Positions 18,922-29,150 of a stretch of DNA of 64,000 nt are shown piece by piece; position 1 is the first letter of the stretch; each line of letters opens with the position of its first letter. The notes below the pieces were generated by a model. That model had not been told where the DNA came from and did not search any database. It saw only the letters and a program-made list of their open reading frames with translations. The stretch is taken from assembly GCA_964388845.1 (NCBI GenBank), contig CAYMCD010000004.1, positions 452 through 64,451 of the forward strand. Direction: 5' to 3'. A program made the translations under genes and the position numbers. This stretch comes from an uncultured Verrucomicrobiota bacterium. Lineage in GTDB: Bacteria; Verrucomicrobiota; Kiritimatiellia; CAIVKH01.

Positions 18922-20856
18922 ATGTCAAACTCCTCGTCGCGATTGATCGTCCGGGATTCGGTGCTGGTCGGCCTGTCGTTCCTTGCGCTGGCGGCCTTCG
19001 GTTTCCGGACGATATCCAACGCCGACTTCTGGATTCATCTGGCGACGGGCCGGGCGTTGATGCAATCGGGATGGCTCCGCGCGGATCCGTTTTCGTTCGC
19101 GGCGACGCAGGATCAGTGGGTCAACACCTCGTGGCTGTATGACGCCCTGTTGCACCTGGTATGGCGGGCCGGCGCCGCTCCCCTGGTGATCCTCGCGGGC
19201 ATCGCTTTGGTCCTCGGGGCCTTCGTCGTCCTGCGGCCGCTGGCTTGCCGCAGATCGTCTCCCATGGCCGGCGCGGCGGCGCTCTTGCTCGTCGCCTGGC
19301 TGGTGGCCCCCGCCTTCGCCCCATCGCCTCATCTGCTGGCGGCTTTCTGCGCGGCCGTTTTCATACGTCTCCTGTCGGAGGCGTCGCTCCGGTTGTGTCT
19401 CATCCTGCTCATACCGCTGCAGATTTTCTGGACCAACCTGCATCCCTCCTTCCTGCTCGGGCCGCTGCTGGCCCTGCTCGGCCATTTCGACAGCCGGCGA
19501 TCGGGCGATTCCCGGCTCGCCCCCTGGCTGCCGGTCGTCCTCCTGCTCGCCACCCTGGCTAATCCATATGGAATTTCGCTGCACCGCATCGCCGTGCGGA
19601 GCGTCGTCAACCCGGAGAGCTCAGTGCTGCTGGAGTGGATTTCGCCCATGGCCGGCGAATTCGCGCCGGTCTCGGTTCGCCACGTCAGCACGCTGATCCT
19701 TGTGTTGATCGCCAGCGGATTTGTGACGATTACGGGGCGTCTGCCCCTCACCGTCACCTCGCTCGGCGTGGCAGGGGCGTTCATGATGGTGCTCTCGCCC
19801 CGTTTTCACATGTTCGGCGCAATCGCGATCTTCCCCTTCCTTTCCTGTTGCATCAAGGGGTTGGGCGACTGGGCGCGCGCGCGCAATGTGCCCGATGTGT
19901 CCCTCCTCGGGCGGGTCTTCGTCCTGGCGGCATCCGTCCTGGCCCTGTCCGCGATGCTGTCGGGGTACTACCTGAATCGCACCGGCAGCGCCTCCGCGGT
20001 CGGCCTGGGCGTGGCCGAAGACATCTTCCCCGAGGAGGCCTGCGGGCAGATCCTGTCGCGCCCGGACTTCCCCGCATCCGTTCTGAACCTCGCGCATGAC
20101 GGGGGCTATCTGGCCTGGCGCCTGCCCGACCGCAAGGTTTTCACGGACACGCGCGTTTCCCTTTATGGCGCCGGCTTTTACCAGAAGCTGGCGCGCGGCC
20201 TGCTGGGACAGGAAGAGGTCTGGAAAGAATTGCTCGAACAACACAAGCCGGAGGCCTTGATCCTCAACGGATCCTGGCTCGGCGCCGGGCCGGCAACGCG
20301 GCGCCTGGTGGATGGCGGGGAGTGGGCGCTGGCCTACTTCGACGGGTTGACCGCGATCCTGGTCCGGAATACGCAGGGCAACGCGGCCCTGCTGCATGAT
20401 ATGGCGCTCCAACAGGCCGGCGTCAAACACCTGCACGAATCCCGCGCGCGATACGCCGCCGATGCGAACGGATGGCGGCCGGCACGCAACAATGCCCGGA
20501 TTATGGGGGCCGGGCAGACCTTGTTTTCGCTGTGGCGATTCCGCGAAGCGCAGGACTATCTCGCGCTCGCCGCGCGCGGTTCGCCCACCTTCGGCCTCGC
20601 CTGGCAGAACCTCGGCATCAGCGCCCTGCAATCGGGCCAGTTTCAACCCGCCATTCATGCGCTGGACCGCGCGACCGGCCTGCGCAGGGATCCGGCGCTC
20701 GCCTGGCTGTGGCTCGCCAAGGCCCATGAACTGAGCGGCGACCCGCCGCGCGCCGCGGCGGCCAAACGCAAGGCGCAGAAGATCAATTCCGCGCTCGCGG
20801 ATTCCTTCGACAGCAGCTTCGGTTCAACGAATCCGGCGTCGCCGCCCGCGCCGTGA
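18922..20856 (+). CDS. Polytopic membrane protein with C-terminal TPR repeats (possible PMT/ArnT-like glycosyltransferase fold; function unknown)
   Basis: 644-aa ORF with about 10 hydrophobic segments in the first ~330 aa. The C-terminus has TPR-like repeats (WQNLGISALQSGQFQPAIHALDRATGLRRDPALAWLWLAKAHELSGDPPRAAAAKRKAQ). ATG at 18922. Confidence 0.6.
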   Translation: MSNSSSRLIVRDSVLVGLSFLALAAFGFRTISNADFWIHLATGRALMQSGWLRADPFSFAATQDQWVNTSWLYDALLHLVWRAGAAPLVILAGIALVLGAFVVLRPLACRRSSPMAGAAALLLVAWLVAPAFAPSPHLLAAFCAAVFIRLLSEASLRLCLILLIPLQIFWTNLHPSFLLGPLLALLGHFDSRRSGDSRLAPWLPVVLLLATLANPYGISLHRIAVRSVVNPESSVLLEWISPMAGEFAPVSVRHVSTLILVLIASGFVTITGRLPLTVTSLGVAGAFMMVLSPRFHMFGAIAIFPFLSCCIKGLGDWARARNVPDVSLLGRVFVLAASVLALSAMLSGYYLNRTGSASAVGLGVAEDIFPEEACGQILSRPDFPASVLNLAHDGGYLAWRLPDRKVFTDTRVSLYGAGFYQKLARGLLGQEEVWKELLEQHKPEALILNGSWLGAGPATRRLVDGGEWALAYFDGLTAILVRNTQGNAALLHDMALQQAGVKHLHESRARYAADANGWRPARNNARIMGAGQTLFSLWRFREAQDYLALAARGSPTFGLAWQNLGISALQSGQFQPAIHALDRATGLRRDPALAWLWLAKAHELSGDPPRAAAAKRKAQKINSALADSFDSSFGSTNPASPPAP

Positions 20857-20938
20857 CGCGCCGCGCGGCGTCCAATCCGGCCCGGGGGCCGTTTGCTCTT
20901 GCGCGCGTGCGGGACGGCGCATACCCTTCGCGCCTGAC

Positions 20939-22079
<1,141 letters not shown>

Positions 22080-22099
<20 letters not shown>

Positions 22100-22955
22100 A
22101 CAGACGCGCGTACTCGTCCAGGGCATCACGGGCCGCGATGGCTCCTTCCATGCCAGGGGCATGCTCGAATACGGGACCCAGGTCGTCGCCGGCGTGACCC
22201 CGGGCAAGGGCGGCGAATCCGTGCACGGCGTGCCGGTCTTCAACAGCGTGAAGGAAGCGGTCGGCGCCACGCGCGCCGACGCGAGCGTGATTTATGTCCC
22301 GGCTCGCTTCGCGTCGGCCGCCGTCCGGGAGGCGATGGAAGCCGGGCTGTCCCTCGTCATCGTGATTACCGAGGGCGTTCCCACCCTGGACATGATGGAC
22401 CTCTACCACGAGGCGCGCGCGCGCGGCATCCGCCTGATCGGACCCAACTGCCCCGGCGTGATCACCCCCGGCGAATGCAAAATCGGCATCATGCCCGGCT
22501 CCATCCACAAACCGGGACGCATCGGCGTCATCTCCCGCAGCGGGACGCTGACCTATGAAATCGTCTACGCGCTGACCGCCCTGGGGATCGGCCAGTCCAC
22601 CTGCATCGGGATCGGCGGCGACCCGATTGTCGGATCCGGCCCCATGGACCTGCTGCCGCTGTTCGACCGCGATCCCGGCACCGACGCGATCGTGCTGGTC
22701 GGCGAGATCGGCGGCGACGAGGAGGAGCGGACCGCCGCCTTTATCCGGCAGCACATCAAGAAGCCGGTGTTCGCCTTCATCGTCGGCCACACCGCGCCCG
22801 AAGGGAAACGCATGGGCCATGCCGGCGCCATCGTGTCCGGCGGCGCCGGCACCGCGGCGTCGAAGTTGAAAGCCTTCACGCAGGCCGGCGTCCCGGTTGC
22901 CAACACGATTGACGAGCTCGCCGAGATCGTCGCCGCCGCCATGCGCCGCGCGTAG
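22080..22955 (+). CDS. sucD: Succinyl-CoA synthetase alpha subunit
   Basis: [45 protein letters not shown]..; the CoA-binding and His-loop region [10 protein letters not shown] is near the C-terminus. ATG at 22080 is inside the longer ORF 22047-22955. Confidence 0.93.
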
Positions 22956-22974
22956 CCGCCCGGTCCGCGGGCGG
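22956..22974 (+). terminator. GC-rich hairpin just after the sucD stop (7-bp stem CCGCCCG / CGGGCGG, 5-nt loop); no U-tract
   Basis: Read from sequence at 22956-22974, directly after the TAG at 22953. It lacks a T-run, so if functional it is a weak or Rho-assisted terminator. Confidence 0.25.
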
Positions 22975-23024
22975 GCCTTCCACGGCGTTGCGGCGCGGTG
23001 TATGCTCTTCGCGGAGGAGACCGC

Positions 23025-24449
23025 ATGAACGACCGCCGCCCGCTCTTCCTCGCCAACCGCCCCGTCGCGCCCAACCACGACCTCGAGGTGCGCGACAAGT
23101 TCACGGGGGCGCGCATCGCTTCCGTCGCCCAGGCCGATGCCGCGCTCATCGAACAGGCGTTTGCGCGCGCGTCGGCCGCCGCGGAGGCCCTGCGGGCCTG
23201 GCCCGCGCACCGGCGCCAAGCCGTGCTGGATCATCTGGTCGGGCGCGTGCGGGAGCGCCAGGAGGAATTGGCCGCGCTGCTGTGCGCGGAGGCGGGCAAG
23301 CCGATCCGGGACGGCCGGGGCGAGGTGACGCGGCTGGCGGATACGCTCCGCATTTCCACCGAAGAGTCCGTCCGGCTCACCGGCGAGGTCATGCCGCTGG
23401 ACATCTCCCCACGCACCGCGGGTTATGCGGGCATGTGGAAGCGCGTGCCGATCGGGGTTTGTTCGTTCATCTCACCCTTCAATTTCCCGCTCAACCTTGT
23501 CGCCCACAAAATCGGACCCGCCCTCGCCGCCGGATGTCCCTTCGTGCTCAAGCCCGCAAGCCTGACGCCGCTGGGCGCGCTCGTGCTGGGGGAGATCCTG
23601 GCCGAGACGGATTTGCCTGAAGGCGCCTTCTCCATTCTCCCGTGCCCGCGCGACGGGGCGGATCGCTTCGCGACGGACCCGCGCATCAAACTGCTCTCGT
23701 TCACCGGCTCACCCGACGTCGGCTGGGCGCTCAAGGCGAAGGCGGGCAAGGCGAGGGTGACGCTGGAACTCGGCGGAAACGCGGCGGCGATCATCGAGGC
23801 CGATGCCGACCTCGGCGACGCCGTGAGGCGCATCCTTGCCGGCGCGTTCTATCAGTCGGGGCAGAGTTGCATCAGCGTGCAGCGGATCATCGCGAACGAG
23901 TCGGTGTACGCGGAGGTGCGCGAGCGTCTTGTGGAGGAGACGCGGAAATTGAAGAGCGGCGACCCGCGCGAGGAAGACACCTTCATCGGCCCGATCATTT
24001 CCGCGAAGGAAGCGGACCGGATCGAGCGGTGGATCGCGTCGGCCGTCGCGCGCGGCGCGCGCCTGCTGTGCGGCGGCGGGCGCCTCGGAAACGTGATCGA
24101 GGCGACGCTGTTGGAGCGCGTGCCCGCGGACGAAAAGGCGTATGCGGAGGAGATCTTCGGGCCCGTCGCGATTCTCGAATCCGTCCCGGATTTCGACGCC
24201 GCGCTGGCCCGCGTGAATGCCGGCCGCTACGGCCTCCAGGCCGGCGTCTTTACGCGCGACATCCGGAAGGCGTGGCGCGCCTGGGATGAGTTGCAGGTCG
24301 GCGGCGTCCTGGTCAACGAATCCCCCGCCTGGCGCGTGGACCACATGCCCTATGGCGGGACCAAGGACAGCGGACTCGGGCGGGAGGGCGTCCGCTTCGC
24401 GATGGAGGACATGACCGAGCTCCGCATGTTCGTCCTGCGCCGCGCCTGA
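23025..24449 (+). CDS. NAD(P)+-dependent aldehyde dehydrogenase family protein
   Basis: GGAGGAG RBS at 23013-23019 and ATG at 23025. ALDH hallmarks are present: ..FNFPLNLVAHKIGPALAAGCPFVLKPAS.., ELGGNAA, and a catalytic Cys region GQSCISVQR. Confidence 0.9.
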   Translation: MNDRRPLFLANRPVAPNHDLEVRDKFTGARIASVAQADAALIEQAFARASAAAEALRAWPAHRRQAVLDHLVGRVRERQEELAALLCAEAGKPIRDGRGEVTRLADTLRISTEESVRLTGEVMPLDISPRTAGYAGMWKRVPIGVCSFISPFNFPLNLVAHKIGPALAAGCPFVLKPASLTPLGALVLGEILAETDLPEGAFSILPCPRDGADRFATDPRIKLLSFTGSPDVGWALKAKAGKARVTLELGGNAAAIIEADADLGDAVRRILAGAFYQSGQSCISVQRIIANESVYAEVRERLVEETRKLKSGDPREEDTFIGPIISAKEADRIERWIASAVARGARLLCGGGRLGNVIEATLLERVPADEKAYAEEIFGPVAILESVPDFDAALARVNAGRYGLQAGVFTRDIRKAWRAWDELQVGGVLVNESPAWRVDHMPYGGTKDSGLGREGVRFAMEDMTELRMFVLRRA

Positions 24450-24503
24450 ACTTGCCGGCGCCTGTCCCGCCGGGCGCGGGCCCATCCGCGGGGGGGGCGA
24501 AAG

Positions 24504-24566
24504 TTCCAACGTCTGTAAAAACAGTTCGCGCGCACTTCCAACGTCTGTAATTTACAGACGTTGGAA
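24504..24566. repeat. Three copies of the same AT-rich element as at 102-150: 24504-24518 and 24536-24550 (reverse orientation, 32-bp register) and 24552-24566 (forward); the last two form a 31-bp perfect palindrome TTCCAACGTCTGTAA-T-TTACAGACGTTGGAA
   Basis: Read directly. On the minus strand this locus reads ATTACAGACGTTGGAAGT..13 nt..TTTTTACAGACGTTGGAACT, the same two extended variants as at 98-153 but in swapped order. It sits between the convergent 3' ends of the aldehyde dehydrogenase gene (end 24449) and the minus-strand gene ending at 24585. Confidence 0.75.
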
Positions 24567-24584
24567 AAATGGAAGGTGGCCGTT

Positions 24585-26960
24585 CTATTCCCCAACGGTA
24601 TGAGCGGTCCACCGGGCCTGACTGGGGTCGGCGGCGCGCACCCAGAGCCGGCGCGCGGCCGGCGTGTCCGCGGGATCCCAGACGTCGCCCTCCGCCAGCG
24701 AAAGGGCCAGCCGGTTGACGGTCATCGGCGACCGGCCGCTCATCAGCCCGATCGGCCCCCCCAGCTGCATGCGGTCGGTGCGGGCGACGCATTCGCCGTC
24801 CACCCATGCGGAAAGGCCGTCCTGTTCGCGCCGGACGGCGATCTCGCGGGGTTGCGCGGTCGGTTGCGGCGCGCCGCGCGTGGCGATGCGGGTGAGGCGG
24901 CCGTCCTCGACCCGGCCGAGGATCCAACCGCTTTCCTTCCAGTGCCAGCCGAAGCAGTCGTAGGTGCGCGCGCTCCGCATGTTGAAGACCAATCCGCCGA
25001 GCTGCTCGCCCGTGTCCTCGCGCGTGGTTTCAATCGTCAGCGCCGCGGCAAATTCCGCGCGCGCGTCGGCGGAGGCGCCGTCGAGGGGGATTGCGGCGTC
25101 GCCGTCCGGGTGGGAGAGGGTCCATCCGTCCGCGCCGAGCCGGATGCCGGGATCGGGCCGCGGCCGGGCGAGCAGGTCCTCGAACCATGTGATCGCCGGA
25201 GGGTCCCCATCCGGATCGTCCGCCGTCGCGCGCAGGCGCGCGGGATGTTCGCTGTCCGGCGCCACTCGGGGGGCGGATGGCGGCGCATTGTGCCGGTGGA
25301 TCGTGATCGGGACCGGCGTGCTGCGGACCGGCGCCCCGTCGGGAAACAGGGCGGAGAGGCGGAGCGGGACCGGCCCCGGCCCGATGCGGGCGGCGGCGAC
25401 GGCGATGCGCTGTTCCTGCGTCGCGGCGGGTCCGTTCCAGACGGGCCGCTCGTGCGCGGTGAGGACGAGGCCGGTGGCGCCGGCGGTCGCCTGGACGATC
25501 AACTCGATGGTCTGGTGCAGGGCGGCCGGCGCATGGGGCTCCGCGGCGGGGCGAAGCATCGCGGCGCGGCCCAGATTGTCCACCGCGAAGCCCGCGCGCG
25601 CGTGGCCCTGGCGGCGGATGGGGCCGGGCGAGTAGAGGACGGCGTGGAGTTCGTGGTAGCCGTCGGCCAGCTCCCGGGTGTCGAACCGGAGCCCCGTGGC
25701 GCGGCCGCCCGCCGGGAGCGAGCGCCCGTCGAGCAACATCAGGTAGGTGGCGCCGGGGACCGGAACGATGGGCGACGCGACGAAGGCGGCCTCGCCGCGC
25801 AGCGGTATTTTCGCGTCGTCCATGCTGACGAGCGCCATCGGCGCGGGGCGATCCCAGGGTTTGCACAGCGGGTCGCCGACGAGCAGCAGTTGCAGCGGGC
25901 TGCGGACGGCCTGCAGATAGCTTTCGAGCAAGGTGCATCCGCTGGCGTAGTGGAAAAAGAGGCGCGCGTGGGGAAACTTGGTCCAGATCGCGAGCGGCTC
26001 GGTGACGGTTCCCGCGCTGCCGGCGGCCCCCAGGGCGAGCCAATAGCCCAGTTTGGTCTGCTCGTGCGCGTAAAAGTAGCCCGCCAGGCTGGTGAGGTTG
26101 TCGGCGACCGACCCCGGCTGCAGGCGGCCCCACGGTTTGTCCGTGAAGGCCGTGCCGAGCATCAGGCCTGAGAGCGGGGCCGCGGCGGCCGGCGGATTCG
26201 AGGAGACCGTTGCGGCGAGGCCGAGGCCCTTCAGCTCGCGCGCGGCCGGCCCAAACTGCCAGCTCCGGCATCGGACGCGTACATCGTCGCTGAGGTGGAA
26301 GTGGACCGGGTCGCTCGGCGCGGCGCCGTCCGCCGCGGCCGCTCGCCGGAGTCCGGCAATGACCGTATCCGCCGACAATCCCCGTGCGCCGGTGTGGCCC
26401 AGCAGCATGGCGGGAAGCGGCATATCCTCCTTCAGCGCCATGGCGAATTCCTGGAGGGAGCCCGGCGGCGCGCCTTCGTTTCCGGGCCGGTCCGGCCCGC
26501 GGAAGAACGGCGACCGGAAGACGCCCTTGTCCACCTGTTCGCGCGGCGGGAAGACTCCTCTCGTGAACGTGGCGCCGGTCAGGGACATGGGCGAGGGTGT
26601 GGTGACGCGGAAGGGAAAATCCGCCGAATAGATCCATGCGAGGATGTGGTCGCCGATCCCGCGCGCCTCGATTTCGCGGCGGACGGGTTCGACGATCCAT
26701 CGGTTGAAATCCTCCAGGGACGCCTCCGCGCGGATGTCCCATGCGGTGTCGGGCAGGTCGAGGTAGATGATGTTGGCGGAGGGGATGCGGCGCAGATGGG
26801 CGTAGTGATGGGCGATTTCGAGGGAGTCGCGCGAGCGCGCGTTGACGATGAGTGCGATTTCGTGCGGGCCCTGGGCGGGCGCGGGCGACACGGCGAGCGC
26901 GCAATGGATGAGAACACAGCGAATGACGAATGACGAATGGCGCATGGCGGAGCGAGTCAT
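24585..26960 (-). CDS. Secreted hypothetical protein (791 aa) with a C-terminal concanavalin/LamG-like region; last gene of the exosortase-EpsI-WbaP operon
   Basis: Signal peptide MTRSAMRHSSFVIRCVLIHCALAVSPAPAQG. The start lies 3 nt downstream of the wbaP-like stop. C-terminal motifs (..GWHWKESGWILGRVEDG..AWVDGECVARTD..) resemble a lectin-type jelly-roll. There is no PEP-CTERM tail. Confidence 0.7.
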   Translation of the reverse strand: MTRSAMRHSSFVIRCVLIHCALAVSPAPAQGPHEIALIVNARSRDSLEIAHHYAHLRRIPSANIIYLDLPDTAWDIRAEASLEDFNRWIVEPVRREIEARGIGDHILAWIYSADFPFRVTTPSPMSLTGATFTRGVFPPREQVDKGVFRSPFFRGPDRPGNEGAPPGSLQEFAMALKEDMPLPAMLLGHTGARGLSADTVIAGLRRAAAADGAAPSDPVHFHLSDDVRVRCRSWQFGPAARELKGLGLAATVSSNPPAAAAPLSGLMLGTAFTDKPWGRLQPGSVADNLTSLAGYFYAHEQTKLGYWLALGAAGSAGTVTEPLAIWTKFPHARLFFHYASGCTLLESYLQAVRSPLQLLLVGDPLCKPWDRPAPMALVSMDDAKIPLRGEAAFVASPIVPVPGATYLMLLDGRSLPAGGRATGLRFDTRELADGYHELHAVLYSPGPIRRQGHARAGFAVDNLGRAAMLRPAAEPHAPAALHQTIELIVQATAGATGLVLTAHERPVWNGPAATQEQRIAVAAARIGPGPVPLRLSALFPDGAPVRSTPVPITIHRHNAPPSAPRVAPDSEHPARLRATADDPDGDPPAITWFEDLLARPRPDPGIRLGADGWTLSHPDGDAAIPLDGASADARAEFAAALTIETTREDTGEQLGGLVFNMRSARTYDCFGWHWKESGWILGRVEDGRLTRIATRGAPQPTAQPREIAVRREQDGLSAWVDGECVARTDRMQLGGPIGLMSGRSPMTVNRLALSLAEGDVWDPADTPAARRLWVRAADPSQARWTAHTVGE

Positions 26961-26963
26961 TTC

Positions 26964-28373
26964 TCAGAAGGCGCCGTGGCCGGATGTCACCGCGCGGACG
27001 GTGCGGACCAGGATGACGATGTCCAGCCAGATGGACCAGTTGCGGACGTAATAGGTGTCCCATCGCGGCATGGCGGCGTGTCCGGCCTCGCTGCGGCCGG
27101 AAACCTGCCAGAGGCCGGTGATGCCGGGCCGGACGCGGTCGCGGAGCTGGCGGACGCGCTCCGGCAATTCCCTGTAGTGGTAGTGGGGCAGTGGCCGCGG
27201 TCCCACGAGCGACATATCGCCGCGGAAGACATTCACGAACTGGGGCAATTCGTCTAGCGAGGTGGCCCGCAGGAAGCGTCCGATCCTGGTGATGCGCGGA
27301 TCGTCGCGGAGTTTATAGTGCGTTTCCCACTCCGTGCGGAGCATCGCGTCCTCGGCGAGCCGCCGCTGCAGCAGGCGCTCGGCGTCCGGGTGCATCGTGC
27401 GGAATTTCAAGGCGTGGAACACGCGGCCCCGGTGGCCCATGCGTTCCTGTTTGAAAATGGGATGCGCGTGGTCCTCCAGCCAAACGAGCAGGCCCATCAA
27501 GAGGCAAAGGGGAATCCACAGGGGGGCGAGCCCGATGGCGACCGACAAATCCATGCCGCGTTTGACGAAGCGCGCCAGCGGATCCAGCAGGTTTCCGGGG
27601 ATTTCGATCCCGAGCAGTCCCATCAGGTCGCGCGGTTTGACCCAGAGCGTGGGCGATTCGGCGATGTCCGGGATCACGACCACGCGCCGGTAGTGAGCCA
27701 GGGGTCCGTCGAGCAGATCGCTGACGCCCTGGGGTGAAATGCCGGCCGTGGCGAGGAGGGCGACCGGGGCGGCGGCGGTCCGGTCCTGCGTGGTCCCCAG
27801 GACCGGGAGTCCGGCGGTTTCCGGAGCGGAGGCGTCCTGTTCGTCCAGGAAGACCCCGTGCGGCAGATATCCGAATCCCTTTTCCTCGCGCAACGCGTTG
27901 ACGACTCGGACCGCCGCGTGCTGTCGTCCGTAGACGACCGCCGGCACGCCCCATCGGCCCAGGCTCAACAGGATGCGTTTGATCTCGAGTCGGATGGCGG
28001 GGACCAGCGCGATGCTGAGGAGGAAGCCGAACGTCAGCGTGAAGCGGCTGGTGGCTTCGGCCTGTTTGCCCCAGAACAGCATCGCCGTGGTGCCGGCGAA
28101 AACCGCGGCGAGCAGCAGGATGGTGCGGCGCAGCTCCTCCACCGGACCGAGTCCCCAGCCCGGCAGCAGGCGCGCGACGTAGGCGCCGACGAGCCACGCC
28201 CCGAGCAGGTACCACATCCAGCTGGCCAGCATCGGCTCGCCTTTCCACGCGAGGCGGACGAAGCCGCCGAGCATCAGCGCAAACAAGAGGGCGGCGGCCT
28301 CCGCAACACCCAGCGCAACGGCGTTGCCGATGGCCCGTTTGGCGAAGGGATACGTATCGTCGTTTGTGTTCAA
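26964..28373 (-). CDS. Undecaprenyl-phosphate hexose-1-phosphate transferase (bacterial sugar transferase family, WbaP/EpsB-like priming enzyme)
   Basis: The C-terminal catalytic domain is present: ..FRTMHPDAE..ATSLDELPQFVNVFRGDMSLVGPRPL..GITGLWQVSGRS... It is preceded by TM helices. Confidence 0.9.
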   Translation of the reverse strand: MNTNDDTYPFAKRAIGNAVALGVAEAAALLFALMLGGFVRLAWKGEPMLASWMWYLLGAWLVGAYVARLLPGWGLGPVEELRRTILLLAAVFAGTTAMLFWGKQAEATSRFTLTFGFLLSIALVPAIRLEIKRILLSLGRWGVPAVVYGRQHAAVRVVNALREEKGFGYLPHGVFLDEQDASAPETAGLPVLGTTQDRTAAAPVALLATAGISPQGVSDLLDGPLAHYRRVVVIPDIAESPTLWVKPRDLMGLLGIEIPGNLLDPLARFVKRGMDLSVAIGLAPLWIPLCLLMGLLVWLEDHAHPIFKQERMGHRGRVFHALKFRTMHPDAERLLQRRLAEDAMLRTEWETHYKLRDDPRITRIGRFLRATSLDELPQFVNVFRGDMSLVGPRPLPHYHYRELPERVRQLRDRVRPGITGLWQVSGRSEAGHAAMPRWDTYYVRNWSIWLDIVILVRTVRAVTSGHGAF

Positions 28374-28385
28374 CGGGATTTGCGG

Positions 28386-29150
28386 CTAGCTGCGATCTGC
28401 ATCCTGCACTGCGATCAGAGGATACAGTTCCCTCACGAAGGCGTCGAGCCTGTCCAGCGGCGCGTCGCCGGGCTGGTCGTAGAGACCGACGACCGAAATG
28501 TAGGCCCACGGATACGCCCGGTTGTGGAGGATCCGATCCCAGGCCATCCAGAACATGCGCGCGGGATGCGAGGGGGTTTCACGTCCGCGCCCCGCGAACC
28601 AATAGGCGAAGAACATGCGGCCTGCGACGGCGCGGCCATCGGGGAGGCGGCGGGTTTGCTGGACGTCCAGCAGGGTGACGTCCAGCGGGGGAAACCCGGG
28701 CCGCTCGATCCGGCGCGTGCGGCTGGCGACAATCTCCGATCCCTCCGCCAGCAGGCAGACCTCGGGCCGGTGGATGCTCGATCGGTGTCGCCCGCTGAAC
28801 ACGATGGCTGCCTGCAGGGGCGTGCGATAGCCGTCGCGGCTGTACTGGCGTTTGTCCGCCACGGTGTCGCCCGGCAGCACCAATCGTTCAAAGGTGGTCA
28901 AGGCCTCCAGCGGCGCCCCGCAGTCGGGACACGCCTCGCCCGATCCGGGATCGGCGGCGAGAACGAGCCGTCCGTGTTCGGGATTCTGGCAGTAGAGCAC
29001 CCGCTTGCCCGTCCACGGCCCGATCCGATCCGGCAGGGTCCGGGAGACCGACGGGCGGTCAATGAAGGTGATGCGCGTGATGTCCGGCATCACGGACGCG
29101 AGCCCCAGCATCAACGCCGCGGAGAGGAAGAGGGCATGCGCCGGTTTCAT
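28386..29150 (-). CDS. EpsI-family exosortase-associated protein (copy 1)
   Basis: Signal peptide MKPAHALFLSAALMLGLASVMP; the EpsI signature ..SIHRPEVCL..; and a conserved C-terminal ..FFAYWFAGRGRETPSHPARMFWMAWDRILHNRAYPWAYISV... It is a paralogue of 49116-49868. Its start forms an ATGA overlap with the upstream exosortase stop (29147-29150). Confidence 0.8.
   Translation of the reverse strand: MKPAHALFLSAALMLGLASVMPDITRITFIDRPSVSRTLPDRIGPWTGKRVLYCQNPEHGRLVLAADPGSGEACPDCGAPLEALTTFERLVLPGDTVADKRQYSRDGYRTPLQAAIVFSGRHRSSIHRPEVCLLAEGSEIVASRTRRIERPGFPPLDVTLLDVQQTRRLPDGRAVAGRMFFAYWFAGRGRETPSHPARMFWMAWDRILHNRAYPWAYISVVGLYDQPGDAPLDRLDAFVRELYPLIAVQDADRS

Noticed and set aside
24490-24497. Poly-G tracts (G8 at 24490-24497 and at 56797-56804) as phase-variation switches
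   Set aside because: At ~68% GC about ten G8/C8 runs are expected by chance in 64 kb on both strands. Neither lies in a coding region or at a clear promoter spacer, so a slipped-strand role is unsupported.
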